From assembly GCA_030064985.1 (NCBI GenBank), contig JASJDV010000018.1, positions 6,056 through 70,055 of the forward strand: a DNA stretch of 64,000 nucleotides, given 5' to 3'. The DNA comes from Simkaniaceae bacterium. GTDB taxonomy: Bacteria; Chlamydiota; Chlamydiia; Chlamydiales; Simkaniaceae. The notes beneath the pieces are model-generated. The model ran no database searches. It was not told where the DNA came from and worked only from the letters and a program-made list of their open reading frames with translations. Shown here piece by piece: positions 36,690 to 47,176 of the stretch (positions within the stretch are counted from its first letter, which is position 1; each line of letters opens with the position of its first letter). The position numbers and the translations under genes were made by a program.

Positions 36690-37997
36690 TTATTGTTGGG
36701 TACCCATAAGCGTTTGGTGATTGTAGCTATGGATTTTCACGTTTTGGAGTGTTCCAATGAGGGTGTCGTCACCAGGAAATATCACTTTTTTCCAACACCG
36801 AGTCCGCCCTTTTAATTGACCGTCTTTATTTTTTCGTTCCACAAGAACTTCGAGATCTTGCCCTAAAAGAGATTGCCGTTCTTCAGCGGTGATTTCCTCG
36901 TGAAGTGCGATCAAACGTTGGAGACGCTCTTCTTTAACCTCCTGGGGAATATCATCTTTCCACCGCATAGCAGGAGTCCCTTTTCGAGGACTATAAGTAT
37001 AGAGAAAGGCAACTGAGTAACGCACCTTTCTAAAGACCTCGAGGGTTTCCTCGAATTCTTCTACAGTTTCTGTTGGAAAACCTACGATGATATCGGTTCC
37101 TAAAGAAACGTTGGGGACAATTTCTTTAAAGAGTGCCACTTTTTCAAAGTATTGCTCTTTGGTGTAAATGCGGTGCATTTTTTTGAGAATGCGGCTAGAG
37201 CCCGCTTGAATAGGAAAATGGACAAACTCACAAAGCGTTGGAAGATCTCGTATTGCTTCCATCAGCTCACGCGTAATATCAATAGGATGGCTTGTCATAA
37301 AGCGGATGCGCTCAATTCCCTCCACTTTATCCAGTCGATATAAAAGATCGTGAAAAAGTTCTTTCCACTCAGGCTTGTCTTTGCCGTAACTGTTTACATT
37401 TTGTCCGAGGAGAGTGAGTTCTTTGTATCCTTGGTCAGCGAGATGGCGCGCTTCTTTTTCAATAGCTTCAGGAGGGCGTGAGACCTCTTGCCCCCTTGTG
37501 TAGGGAACAACGCAGTAAGTGCAAAACTTATCGCAACCTCGGATAATCGAGACGTGCGCTTTAAACCTATCGTCACGCTTTGCGATGAGATAATCGAGAT
37601 TGTCTTCAAATTGATCATCGGTTTTGAGTTGTTTTTGACCTGTTTCAATCACACGATCCAAGACCATTCCTAGGTCAGTGATATTGTTGGTTCCTATGAC
37701 AAAGTCAACATGCGGAAGCTTTTTAAAAAGGCTTTCTTTCTTGGCCATGGCCATGCAGCCAGTCACCCCAATGATCTGCTTTTTTTTGCCGCGGCCTAAT
37801 TGGCCGATCTTTCCCATGACCTTTCGCTCAGCCAAGTCTCGGATCGAGCAGGTGTTGAAAAGCAGAACATCCCCTTCTTTTTCATTGTAGACTTGCTTAA
37901 GCCCCCGTTTCAGGAGCTGGCCCACCATGAGCTCAGAGTCGAGTTCATTCATCTGGCATCCATAGGTGCGAACAAAAAATGTCTTTGGCTTGTGCAT
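36690..37997 (-). CDS. miaB: tRNA-2-methylthio-N6-dimethylallyladenosine synthase
   Basis: 435 aa. FFVRTYGCQMNELDSE N-terminus, radical SAM CDKFCTYC, and a C-terminal TRAM domain. Confidence 0.93.
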   Translation of the reverse strand: MHKPKTFFVRTYGCQMNELDSELMVGQLLKRGLKQVYNEKEGDVLLFNTCSIRDLAERKVMGKIGQLGRGKKKQIIGVTGCMAMAKKESLFKKLPHVDFVIGTNNITDLGMVLDRVIETGQKQLKTDDQFEDNLDYLIAKRDDRFKAHVSIIRGCDKFCTYCVVPYTRGQEVSRPPEAIEKEARHLADQGYKELTLLGQNVNSYGKDKPEWKELFHDLLYRLDKVEGIERIRFMTSHPIDITRELMEAIRDLPTLCEFVHFPIQAGSSRILKKMHRIYTKEQYFEKVALFKEIVPNVSLGTDIIVGFPTETVEEFEETLEVFRKVRYSVAFLYTYSPRKGTPAMRWKDDIPQEVKEERLQRLIALHEEITAEERQSLLGQDLEVLVERKNKDGQLKGRTRCWKKVIFPGDDTLIGTLQNVKIHSYNHQTLMGTQQ

Positions 37998-38302
37998 TGT
38001 TCACGAGTTTAAGGGATTTGAGTGCAAGAATCAAGCGCCAAAGCTAGCCGTGCAAAGATCGGTAAGCAAGTAAGGTGTATCACCTCCCTCAATAAAGAGT
38101 TTGAGTCAAAAAAGTTGCAGCCACTGCTGCGCAGTCAACGATTTTTTTAATGCTGCTGAGGCTTCAATAGATCTAGTGTAAATAAAAGCGATTTTTCAGC
38201 TCTCGATCAAAAATTTTTGATTGGTGATTGGTAGGACTTGGCAAAAAAGAAAGAAATCTATACTCTCTTATGTCAAACACCAAGTGAAAAGGAACAGCTG
38301 AA

Positions 38303-38752
38303 ATGGCTAAGCAAAAAGATACAACGACTTTTTTGACTAAGGAAGAAGCACACCGATCTCGAGGCTGGCTGACTCTTGATGCAAAAGGGAAAACCCTCGG
38401 CCGCTTTGCTTCTGAAGTCGCCAAGATTCTTAGAGGAAAACACAAGACAACTTTTACACCGAACGTTGATGTTGGAGATGGAGTCATTGTTATTAATGCT
38501 GATAAGATTGTGGTCAGTGGAGGCAAAGAGGCTCAAAAAATATACCGACACTACACTGGACACATCGGAGGTCTACGCGAAACTCCTTATCGGATCGTCA
38601 TGGAACGAAAGCCCACTTTTATCATCCGTCATGCCGTCCAAGGAATGATGCCTAAAACGAAGTTAGGCAAAGCCCAACTTAAAAAATTGCGTATTTTTGT
38701 TGGTGATAAACATGAACAACAGGCACAAAAACCTGTAGCAGTAGAGGTATAG
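38303..38752 (+). CDS. rplM: 50S ribosomal protein L13
   Basis: 149 aa. WLTLDAKGKTLGRFASEVAKILRGKHK and YRHYTGHIGGL blocks typical of L13. Confidence 0.96.
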   Translation: MAKQKDTTTFLTKEEAHRSRGWLTLDAKGKTLGRFASEVAKILRGKHKTTFTPNVDVGDGVIVINADKIVVSGGKEAQKIYRHYTGHIGGLRETPYRIVMERKPTFIIRHAVQGMMPKTKLGKAQLKKLRIFVGDKHEQQAQKPVAVEV

Positions 38753-38759
38753 AAAGATT

Positions 38760-39155
38760 ATGGTCGTGAAGAAAGAAACAATCGGAGTTGGAAGACGCAA
38801 GCGAGCCATTGCCGCGGTAAGGCTTAGAAGAGGAAAAGGAACCATTGATGTCAATGGACGGAAAATGGAAGAGTATTTTACTTCTGACATCCAAAGAAAA
38901 ACAATTCTTGCCCCTTTACAAAAGCTTCAACTCGAAGGAAACTACGACATAATCATCCGCACCAAAGGGGGCGGCATCGAAGGTCAAATGATTGCTACAA
39001 GACTCGGTATTGCTCGCGCTCTTGTCAAAGAAGACGAAGAGAGACGAGGTGCCCTCAAAGTTGAAGAGTATCTTACCCGTGATCCCCGTAAACGCGAGCG
39101 CAAGAAATATGGTCTTGCAGGAGCAAGAAAGCGCTTCCAGTTCTCGAAGCGTTAA
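38760..39155 (+). CDS. rpsI: 30S ribosomal protein S9
   Basis: 131 aa. GRRKRAIA...GKGTIDVNGR start, GGGIEGQ block and the C-terminal RKKYGLAGARKRFQFSKR signature. Confidence 0.96.
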   Translation: MVVKKETIGVGRRKRAIAAVRLRRGKGTIDVNGRKMEEYFTSDIQRKTILAPLQKLQLEGNYDIIIRTKGGGIEGQMIATRLGIARALVKEDEERRGALKVEEYLTRDPRKRERKKYGLAGARKRFQFSKR

Positions 39156-39185
39156 GAACCATCCCCCTTTCCTTTCTTTTTATGC

Positions 39186-39218
39186 ATTCCCAAAAATTCC
39201 CTTTTTGGGAATTTTTTT
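39186..39218 (+). terminator. Rho-independent terminator after rpsI
   Basis: Perfect 11-bp stem ATTCCCAAAAA / TTTTTGGGAAT with loop TTCCC, followed by T6. It starts 31 nt after the rpsI stop. Confidence 0.75.
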
Positions 39219-39951
39219 ATCGCTTTATTTCTTTTAAATGGACTAATCCTCTTTCTATACTTGTAATGACCCAATTTGCAAAGGGGGTTCCAAAAGCAAG
39301 GCTTGTTGCAATAATGGCAATCGAAGCACTTCCTATGAGACTATCGGTAAGCCAATGGGCCCCACTAATAAGGCGAGGAAGGCAAAAGAAAATCGCGTAA
39401 AGAATAGTCATGCTCCCCACTCGTTTTCCCATCAGATGGAAAATGAGACAGGTAAAGAGTATCGCTGTTGTTGCATGATCTCCTGGAAAACTATGTTGAG
39501 AATGATCTTTGACTTTGATCCAGTCAATCACTGTTCCGAGCCGGAAGGCCGCTTTATCAACAATTGTTGGGCTTTTTCGAGGCAGATGAATAAACTCAGG
39601 GAAGAGAAGGCCATTGACCATGCAGATAATCAGCGCAATAAAGAAGATCGAAAAGATCAGTTCCGCAATCTTGCGCATTTTTAACCCTTCAGCGACCCAT
39701 TTAATGCTGAAAAAAAAGAAGAGGAACATAATGAGATCATGGATCCAATCCATGATCCTGTGCCCATTAAAAGCCCAAAAGTTTTGCCAAAAAGAGCTGC
39801 GATGCACCCACGAATTTAAGAAATAAAAAGTTTTTGAATCGAGGGCATCCCAGTAAGGACGGATGGAAGGAGTCACCCAAGTGACAATGGTGATCAAGAC
39901 AATAAATGGGGGAATGAATAATTTTTTATAGTTCACAATGACCTTACGCAC
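39217..39951 (-). CDS. PAP2-family membrane phosphatase
   Basis: 244 aa and multi-TM. PAP2 motifs SFPGDHATT (SxPSGH type) and SGAHWLTD (SRxxxxxHxxxD type). It overlaps the 3' end of the upstream lptG-like gene by 19 nt. Confidence 0.78.
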   Translation of the reverse strand: MRKVIVNYKKLFIPPFIVLITIVTWVTPSIRPYWDALDSKTFYFLNSWVHRSSFWQNFWAFNGHRIMDWIHDLIMFLFFFFSIKWVAEGLKMRKIAELIFSIFFIALIICMVNGLLFPEFIHLPRKSPTIVDKAAFRLGTVIDWIKVKDHSQHSFPGDHATTAILFTCLIFHLMGKRVGSMTILYAIFFCLPRLISGAHWLTDSLIGSASIAIIATSLAFGTPFANWVITSIERGLVHLKEIKR

Positions 39952-41030
39952 ATTTTAATAAATCGAGCGCCAGCTGTAGCAAAGAACGCTATGGGCAGTG
40001 TAAAAATTGCCCAAAAAGAAGGGAGCACTTCCGTTTCGCCAAGAATGACACACCCATCCATCACAGTAAAAAAAGTGATGTAGCCAAAAATCGTTACAGA
40101 AAAAATAAGAAAGGTGGGTAGGAAGCGGACAGATGGAACACAACAAGGAAAGACTCCGATCAAAACCAATACAGGAAGCCAGGGCATAAACAGTTTAAAG
40201 TAGAGGTGGGTTTGCGCAGCTGATCTGTGTTCATAGAAAAGAGGGGTTTTACCCAGCGCCATTGTGACGAGAGTACTAATCGAGCGATTTTCTATTGGGG
40301 TGCTTAGGTGATCCTGGAGGTCAAAATTAAGATTTAACTGGTTAAAAACAAGAGATGGAAAAGAAGCAATTTTTTTGATTTCTCCAGATGCAGTTCTTAT
40401 TAGATGGTCGACAAAGGTTCCAATAGGGGTAGAATCCACCACTTTAAGCGTTTTAATATGATAAATTTCATCAATAGAAAGGATCCAAAAAAGATCAAAA
40501 AATTCTTTTTTTTCTGCCTCATATTGTTGATAAAGTAGGCGAGTTCCATCCTCCAACGCAAGGGCGTGAACAGCTTGCTTCGTTGCTTTTTGGGCCGTTT
40601 TTTTCTTCAGGTATTTGTTTTCAAAGTGGTCGATGTACGTAAGCGCTTTAGGAGCTAGAATTTCAAAATTTCCATAACTGAGCCCTACACAAATTAGAGC
40701 AACGAAGAAAAAGGGTTGCGTCAGTCGATATACAGCGATTCCGGAGGTTTGAAAAGCTAAAAGTTCATTCCGATGATTTAGAGAGGTGAGAACTTTAACG
40801 CTTGCTATTAGAAGAGCAAGGGGAAGGAGAAGGTCACATCTTTTTGAAAAAAGCATTCCGTAATAAATCGCTAGATCTTTAATCGAGAGATGCTTGCTTT
40901 TCATCATTTCTTGCATGTGCATCGAATAGTCGACCAAAACATAGAGGCAAAAAAAGCAAGGGAGAAAGAGAAAAAAGATTTTGAGAATTTCACTTAAAAA
41001 ATAGCGTTGCCAAATCTTAGTAACTGTCAT
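39933..41030 (-). CDS. lptG: LPS export ABC permease, YjgP/YjgQ family (LptG-like)
   Basis: 365 aa. Six-TM architecture with a central periplasmic domain. It is the second of two tandem paralogs with a 4-nt overlap, which is the usual lptF-lptG arrangement. Confidence 0.78.
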   Translation of the reverse strand: MTVTKIWQRYFLSEILKIFFLFLPCFFCLYVLVDYSMHMQEMMKSKHLSIKDLAIYYGMLFSKRCDLLLPLALLIASVKVLTSLNHRNELLAFQTSGIAVYRLTQPFFFVALICVGLSYGNFEILAPKALTYIDHFENKYLKKKTAQKATKQAVHALALEDGTRLLYQQYEAEKKEFFDLFWILSIDEIYHIKTLKVVDSTPIGTFVDHLIRTASGEIKKIASFPSLVFNQLNLNFDLQDHLSTPIENRSISTLVTMALGKTPLFYEHRSAAQTHLYFKLFMPWLPVLVLIGVFPCCVPSVRFLPTFLIFSVTIFGYITFFTVMDGCVILGETEVLPSFWAIFTLPIAFFATAGARFIKMCVRSL

Positions 41031-42118
41031 TCTCTACCTTCTATCGTCCGCTTTTGGAACCAGTAAGAGGCAAAGAAAAGAATAGGAAGAGGCAGAGCAT
41101 AAAAGAAAACCATTTTATAAGGAACGAGCTGAAAAGATTTTGCGGCGATCGAGCAGATAAAGGTGAGACCGGATAAGAGAATGGCAATAGAGATTCTCCA
41201 TTTTTTTCTTCCGCGGCCCATTTGCATTCCCACTGAAAAGCCCAAGAGGGTAAAAGCGAAAGTGATAAGGGGAAAGAAAACCCTACGGCAGACTTCAAAC
41301 TTTGCCTGCTTGGCTGTTTTTTCTTTTGCATTAGGATCTGAAAAGGTCTTGAGAAGCGTTTTCAGCGTAAGATATTTCATCTCTATGCGCCCTGTTTTTT
41401 TTTGCATCAAAGAAGAAAGAGCCGCAGCAGAAGTTGACATTGTTTCTTGATTTTCAATGATTAGATTGTCATAAAACGGCGCTTCTTCTCCGGTGGTAGA
41501 GAGAATCGTTACATTTTTTCCTTCCATTAAGCTGTCATCCACAGCAAACTTTTTGGCTATCATCAGACTCAGCCTGTCATTGGATCCATCTTTTACAGCA
41601 AAAATGATCTCTTTTGCCTCCTTTCCAAGATGTGTCATCTTCATATCGACATAAGAGTCTTGAAGTTTCAACAGTTTAGATTTTTTCATCAAAAAGAGGG
41701 GATTAATGAGTGTGAGGTTTTGAATCAAATGATGCGAGTAGTAGCGACAACGAGGAGTGACTTCTGTAACAACTGCAAAATTTAGGACGGATAGTAGCAA
41801 TGCCGCCATCAATACAGGGGTAGCGAGGGTCTGGACTCCAATCCCTAAGGTTCTAAATGCAGTGAGCTCTTGAGCGTGTGAAAGACGTTGGAATAATAGG
41901 ATGGCAGCAATCAGCCCAGAAATTGGTATGGCAATCGGAAGAACATAAGGAATTTGAAAAAGGGTAAAAAGACAAATCTTTCCAACATGAGAATTAAGAG
42001 CAGCTAGGCGGGCCACTTCTTGAACACGTGTGACAAGAAGAATCGCTACGAAGCTCCCCACACAGAGCAGAAAGATTTGAAAGTAGCTTCGAAGAAGATA
42101 ACGCCAAAGAAGAGGCAT
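41027..42118 (-). CDS. lptF: LPS export ABC permease, YjgP/YjgQ family (LptF-like)
   Basis: 363 aa. MPLLWRYLLRSYFQIFLLCVGSFVAILLV N-terminus typical of the family. It is the first of the tandem pair. Confidence 0.78.
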   Translation of the reverse strand: MPLLWRYLLRSYFQIFLLCVGSFVAILLVTRVQEVARLAALNSHVGKICLFTLFQIPYVLPIAIPISGLIAAILLFQRLSHAQELTAFRTLGIGVQTLATPVLMAALLLSVLNFAVVTEVTPRCRYYSHHLIQNLTLINPLFLMKKSKLLKLQDSYVDMKMTHLGKEAKEIIFAVKDGSNDRLSLMIAKKFAVDDSLMEGKNVTILSTTGEEAPFYDNLIIENQETMSTSAAALSSLMQKKTGRIEMKYLTLKTLLKTFSDPNAKEKTAKQAKFEVCRRVFFPLITFAFTLLGFSVGMQMGRGRKKWRISIAILLSGLTFICSIAAKSFQLVPYKMVFFYALPLPILFFASYWFQKRTIEGRE

Positions 42119-42270
42119 GGGTACAGCTGTCCTAGATTAAAAAAACACCGAAAATCCTCTTTATTGTATCCTAATTCCTTTTTTCTAGATAGACTCGTAA
42201 TACTTGAATTTTGGAGAAGAACCGACGCTATCGAAACGGCAGAGTTAAAAAAAGCGTATCTAAGAGGTCG

Positions 42271-43497
42271 ATGAAAAGCTGCATTGTCAAAGATTTTCTC
42301 ACACCGCGCCTAGAAAAAGGAGTCAAGCTTCTTTTAGGTTTTTCTGGTGGGCCCGATTCCATGGCTCTTCTTCATTTTCTGTTGGAAGCGCAACAAGAAC
42401 TTGATTTTTCATTGCATCTTGCCCATGTTGATCATGGATGGAGAGAGGAAAGCAAAAAAGAAGCACAAGTTTTAAACGATCTTGCAAAACAGTTAAAGCT
42501 TCCTTTCCATCTGTGCTGTCTTGCTAAAATGGAAGGTGGAGATCTGGAAAACCGCGCTCGCGACAAACGGATGGCATTCTTTTCAGCGCTGCAAGAAAAG
42601 TACCGGTTTCAAGCACTTCTTTTAGCTCACCATAAAGGGGATCAAGCAGAGACGGTTTTTAAGCGAGTTGCTGAAGGTTCTGGCATCAAAGGGCTGGGGG
42701 GTCTTTATCCAGAAAGAAAACAAGGCAACCTTTCGATTTGGCGCCCCCTTCTTCCTCTTGTAAAAGAGGATCTCTATTCCTATCTTAAGAAAAAACGGCT
42801 CCATTTTTTTGAAGATTCTACTAATCAGGACCCCGCCTACCTCCGTTCTAGACTAAGAGGGAACCTCTTTCCTCAACTTGAAAAAATCTTTGGGAAGAAA
42901 ATGGAAGGAAATTTTGCTCGCTTAGGGAAAACATGCCAGGAGTTCGCCTATTATTTTGAAGAAAAGGGGAAAACGATTAAAAAAGCATTTGTTGCTGGCC
43001 CCTTTGGTTCTTATCTCGATTTGAATTTAGGGTTTCATCCTCTGGAGTTAAAATTTTTTCTAAAAGAGCTCTCTTCAATAAGTTATGATGCTTTAGAGGT
43101 TTTAATGAAATTGATTAAAGAACGCCGTTCTTCCCGCCTGATCCAGGCCAAACCCTATACTTTTCAACTGAGTCAATCCCATCTCTTTATTTATAAGGAA
43201 GCTTTTCCCGATTATTTTCAAACGCCTGAAAATTGGAAGCAAGAAACAGTAGGGGATTGGAAAACATTTTGGAAAGGAAAGATACAAATCCCAAACGGAG
43301 ACTATGAAATCAGAAGACTTTCAAAATTAGGACCACTTCTTAGAAGGAAGATAAAGAAGTGGTACGCATCAAATCGTGTTCCTTCCTTTTTCTATGATAA
43401 AGCTCCTATTTTTATGAGAGATCAAAAAATCATTAGCGAATGTTTAACTGGAAAAGCTTCTTTTTCAATGGATGAGTTAGAACTATTCAGAAATTAA
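42271..43497 (+). CDS. tilS: tRNA(Ile)-lysidine synthase
   Basis: PP-loop motif LLGFSGGPDSMALL and a HVDHGWREES block. The ATG at 42271 is preferred over the upstream TTG (42211). Confidence 0.88.
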   Translation: MKSCIVKDFLTPRLEKGVKLLLGFSGGPDSMALLHFLLEAQQELDFSLHLAHVDHGWREESKKEAQVLNDLAKQLKLPFHLCCLAKMEGGDLENRARDKRMAFFSALQEKYRFQALLLAHHKGDQAETVFKRVAEGSGIKGLGGLYPERKQGNLSIWRPLLPLVKEDLYSYLKKKRLHFFEDSTNQDPAYLRSRLRGNLFPQLEKIFGKKMEGNFARLGKTCQEFAYYFEEKGKTIKKAFVAGPFGSYLDLNLGFHPLELKFFLKELSSISYDALEVLMKLIKERRSSRLIQAKPYTFQLSQSHLFIYKEAFPDYFQTPENWKQETVGDWKTFWKGKIQIPNGDYEIRRLSKLGPLLRRKIKKWYASNRVPSFFYDKAPIFMRDQKIISECLTGKASFSMDELELFRN

Positions 43498-43586
43498 ACA
43501 ATGATATAAAATAAGTCGACTACTAGAGCTTTAAGCCCGAGCCACTTGTTCATTGTATAAACTTTTTGGGTTGCTAAGGAATTTTC

Positions 43587-46409
43587 ATGTCAGTAATAGA
43601 AAAAATTAAAGGGTCAAAGAAAGACTTTCAGTCTCTAAAAAATAGATTTAAGAAGCGGATGGATCAGCCTGACAAACCTCAAGAACCCAGGAAACGTTTT
43701 CCTGCCGGATTCTTACTTTTTCTTTTAGCCGCCATCTTGATCATTTTGACGGTTCAAAACCTGTCGAATGAGAAAGGGGGAAAAGTATCCTTTAGTCACC
43801 AAGTAGAGCACTTGGTCAATCTCGACTTGATTCAAAAAGATGAAAGTCGAAAGACCGCTCAAAATGATAATCTCGTGACATTTACAGGGAAATTTAAAGA
43901 GCGACTCACCGATGAGTCAAAAGCGCGCTATCGATTCCTCGAACTCTTAGATAATAATCACACTTTACTTGAAGGGAAACAAGACATTGTTGGCGCCCTT
44001 GATGCATTGCAAGCAAACGTTCATGGTTCTGCTGAGCTGTTCCTTATCCTAAGCGGAACACCGATTCCTAAAGGGGGCTTTCGTGTTATTAGTCCCTACT
44101 ACGACACACAATACAGACAAAATAGCGTTGTTATTCACTCTCTTCCAGCAAAAAAAATGCTTAATTTGACTGATCTTCAGAGTGAATACCGCGCTGTTTC
44201 TCAAAATCCTACGCCCCGCTTAATCCAATCATTTGGACAAGACACTCTCAAACTCATCCAAAGTTACCGCTCACCTTCGCTGGGAATTGGGACGGAAGCA
44301 ATGAAGCAAGATCTAAGAGCTGCAGAAGGAAAAGTGGCTGAAACTTTGACGTCAAATCTAACGCCTCAAGAAGCTTTAGCAAGTTACCAATCAGGGTTAA
44401 TCACCCTTAATCGAATCACCCTAGAACTGCTTAAGACAGGTAATCATACGACTTTAGAGGGGCTGCGAAGCGTGCGTAATTATTTAGTGGACCTGAATCA
44501 GTACCAGCAAACTGTCGTAGCATTAGAAGAAAACGAAGCACAACTTGCCAAATCACGCCAAAACGTTGCCAATGTCACTTGGTTTTTCAATAATAAAGAG
44601 CTTTCAACAAAAGCTCTTGAAAAACAAAGTCCAGAAGAATTTAGTCTATGGTTTACGCAGAGTAAAAAAGAATGGGAAGCTTTTGCAGCAAACAAAGGAA
44701 CTCCCTATAAGGCTCCTGATCAACCACGTAACCTCGTATTGGAAAAGACCTTTAAAAGCCAAGAGCCGTCTCCTAACTATCTAAGTTATATCTTCCTAAC
44801 AATTTTCCCGATTCTTGTCATTTTCCTTATCCTCTATTTCGTATTCTCTAGACAGATGAAGGGAATGGGTTCTGGAGCTATGAGCTTTGGAAAATCTCCT
44901 GCTAAAATGCTTAACAAGAGCGTGCACAAGGTGACATTTAAAGATGTTGCTGGTGTAACAGAAGCAAAAGAAGAGCTTCATGAAGTCGTTGATTTCTTGA
45001 AAGACCCTTCCAAATTTACAGCTCTTGGAGCAAGAATTCCTAAAGGAGTCCTTTTAATCGGGTCTCCAGGAACAGGAAAGACCTTAATTGCAAAAGCGGT
45101 TGCTGGTGAAGCGGCTCGTCCTTTCTTCTCCATTTCAGGTTCTGATTTTGTCGAAATGTTTGTTGGAGTCGGTGCGAGTCGTATCCGCGATCTTTTCGGA
45201 CAAGCTAAGAAAAATGCCCCTTGTATCGTCTTTATTGATGAAATTGACGCCGTCGGACGTCATCGCGGTGCTGGTATTGGTGGAGGACATGATGAAAGGG
45301 AGCAAACACTAAACCAGCTCCTTGTTGAAATGGATGGGTTTGATACCAATGAAGGAGTCATCCTAATGGCTGCGACCAATCGTCCCGATGTTTTAGATAA
45401 AGCGCTTTTAAGGCCTGGGCGGTTTGACCGAAATGTTGTCCTGGACCTCCCCGACATCAAAGGGCGTTTTGAGATCTTAAAGGTCCATGCTAAAAAAATC
45501 AAACTCGACCACAGCGTTGATCTGATGGACATTGCCAGAGCAACTCCGGGATCTTCCGGCGCAGACCTTATGAACATCCTCAACGAATCTGCTCTTTTAG
45601 CTGCGCGTAAAGGGCGTTCAGCTGTCACTCAAGCAGATACCCTTGAAGCCTGTGATAAAGTGAGATATGGTAAAGAACGGCGTAGTCTCGAGCTCGATCG
45701 AAAAGAAAAGGAACATACCGCTTATCATGAGTCTGGACATGCCATTGTTGGTCTGGTTGTAGAAAGGGGAGATCCTGTAGAAAAAGTGACCATTATCCCT
45801 AGAGGACTTTCTCTAGGAGCAACTCATTTTGTTCCAGAAAAAAATAAAACAAGCTACTGGCGTAAAGAGCTGATTGATCGTCTTGCTGTACTCATGGGTG
45901 GCCGTGTTGCAGAAGATCTTTTTGTTCACGACCTTTCTAGTGGCGCCCAGCTCGATATTTCACAAGCGACAAAGCTTGCACGTAGCATGGTCTGTCAATG
46001 GGGAATGAACACCTCGCTAGGTCCAGTTGCTTATGATGAACGCTCTGAGGAACATGCGTATGCGCTGCAAGGATCAAGCTCAAAAAACTATTCAGAAGAA
46101 ACGGCAAGACAAATCGATTCAGAAGTGCGCAAGCTCCTTGAAGAAGCAAACACCTATGCCCATAAAATACTCACCGATAATCGAGAAAAAGTTGCACTCA
46201 TGACACAAATGCTTATCGAGTTTGAAACGCTCGATAAAGAAGATGTTCACGCAATCATGAACGGAGTGTGGGATGCTGATAAAAAGCATCAAAAGCTCAA
46301 AGCAATCAGTGAAGCACATCGTAAGATTCCCCCTCGGCTGCTGCCTCAAAGAAAACCCCCGGAAAGTTCTACAGGAACCGGTGCTGGTCCCGCCCCTCAA
46401 GGCGTTTAA
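43587..46409 (+). CDS. ftsH: ATP-dependent zinc metalloprotease FtsH with extended extracytoplasmic domain
   Basis: 940 aa. Walker [19 protein letters not shown], Walker [11 protein letters not shown] and zinc site HESGHAIVG. Two TM segments (about residues 38-58 and 400-422) bracket a ~340-aa domain, far longer than in E. coli FtsH. I recall this as typical of chlamydial FtsH. Confidence 0.96.
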   Translation: MSVIEKIKGSKKDFQSLKNRFKKRMDQPDKPQEPRKRFPAGFLLFLLAAILIILTVQNLSNEKGGKVSFSHQVEHLVNLDLIQKDESRKTAQNDNLVTFTGKFKERLTDESKARYRFLELLDNNHTLLEGKQDIVGALDALQANVHGSAELFLILSGTPIPKGGFRVISPYYDTQYRQNSVVIHSLPAKKMLNLTDLQSEYRAVSQNPTPRLIQSFGQDTLKLIQSYRSPSLGIGTEAMKQDLRAAEGKVAETLTSNLTPQEALASYQSGLITLNRITLELLKTGNHTTLEGLRSVRNYLVDLNQYQQTVVALEENEAQLAKSRQNVANVTWFFNNKELSTKALEKQSPEEFSLWFTQSKKEWEAFAANKGTPYKAPDQPRNLVLEKTFKSQEPSPNYLSYIFLTIFPILVIFLILYFVFSRQMKGMGSGAMSFGKSPAKMLNKSVHKVTFKDVAGVTEAKEELHEVVDFLKDPSKFTALGARIPKGVLLIGSPGTGKTLIAKAVAGEAARPFFSISGSDFVEMFVGVGASRIRDLFGQAKKNAPCIVFIDEIDAVGRHRGAGIGGGHDEREQTLNQLLVEMDGFDTNEGVILMAATNRPDVLDKALLRPGRFDRNVVLDLPDIKGRFEILKVHAKKIKLDHSVDLMDIARATPGSSGADLMNILNESALLAARKGRSAVTQADTLEACDKVRYGKERRSLELDRKEKEHTAYHESGHAIVGLVVERGDPVEKVTIIPRGLSLGATHFVPEKNKTSYWRKELIDRLAVLMGGRVAEDLFVHDLSSGAQLDISQATKLARSMVCQWGMNTSLGPVAYDERSEEHAYALQGSSSKNYSEETARQIDSEVRKLLEEANTYAHKILTDNREKVALMTQMLIEFETLDKEDVHAIMNGVWDADKKHQKLKAISEAHRKIPPRLLPQRKPPESSTGTGAGPAPQGV

Positions 46410-46842
46410 GATCCAACCAAAACTAGCTGCTCTAAGTCTTTTCATTTGTGATTACTTGGTAGTAGACTTTTATTTGTTCCGATGCAGATGAAAATAGATG
46501 CGTCACATTTTGCAATAAACGCATTTTGCGCGAGGAATTGCCTTGATACTTGACTGTCATCAAATCCACAGTCCCCCTCTACTCTGGTCCGATTTAGCCC
46601 TGCAGTCTAAGCTACAATTGAGGCGTTCAAGGCGTTGCAGAACAACACCTTCAATATTTTTCTCATTTTATAAGTTACTTAAGTTGTTGAACCTCATGGT
46701 AAAACAACAGCTTATTCCAGAGCTTTAGTAAAAAATATTTGTAAAATTTAATGGGTTGAATTATTGTTACTTTTTAGAATTTTAAGCCTAAATTCCGCGA
46801 AAAAGATAAAAAATTATGAAAGTGGTGTTAAATAAATAGGTG

Positions 46843-46959
46843 CTAGGAATCCTTCTTCTTGCAGAAAAGACAACAAAATGTAAGTGCAACTGCGACAAAA
46901 AAATGATCGATTCCTCCATGAGATGATTTACATTTTTTACATCTGAAAAAGAACGTCAT
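46843..46959 (-). CDS. Candidate 38-aa small membrane protein, divergent from beta-propeller gene 1
   Basis: Encodes MTFFFRCKKCKSSHGGIDHFFVAVALTFCCLFCKKKDS. A codon-for-codon counterpart without indels exists in unit 2 (48782-48931). Both Cys codons of CKKC are kept with synonymous changes, but many other changes are non-synonymous. Confidence 0.22.
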   Translation of the reverse strand: MTFFFRCKKCKSSHGGIDHFFVAVALTFCCLFCKKKDS

Positions 46960-47176
46960 TTACAGACTAAAAAGTTTAGACTTACTTAGCACCGCTCTTA
47001 AAATTATAGGATCAGGATCACTAAAAATAACAAAAGAAATCATCAATTTTTACTAACAATAGCATTGGCTAGTCTCGTGCTGCTACCCTCTGTTGGTGCT
47101 GACACTAAAGTTTTTGAAAAGCAAAGCCCAGTAAAAACCCCGACTAGCAATGCATGTACAAGCGAGCACCAAGTTT

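Noticed and set aside
45260-45628. Long ORFs antisense to well-supported genes (45260-45628 versus ftsH, 38173-38526 versus rplM, 52145-52534 versus pnp, 30655-31038 versus glgB, 58868-59215 versus ffh, and many shorter ones in the track).
   Set aside because: Each lies wholly inside a gene with unmistakable family motifs on the other strand. Their translations are low-complexity or Ser/Arg/Leu-rich, as expected for antisense frames, and none has a recognisable motif.
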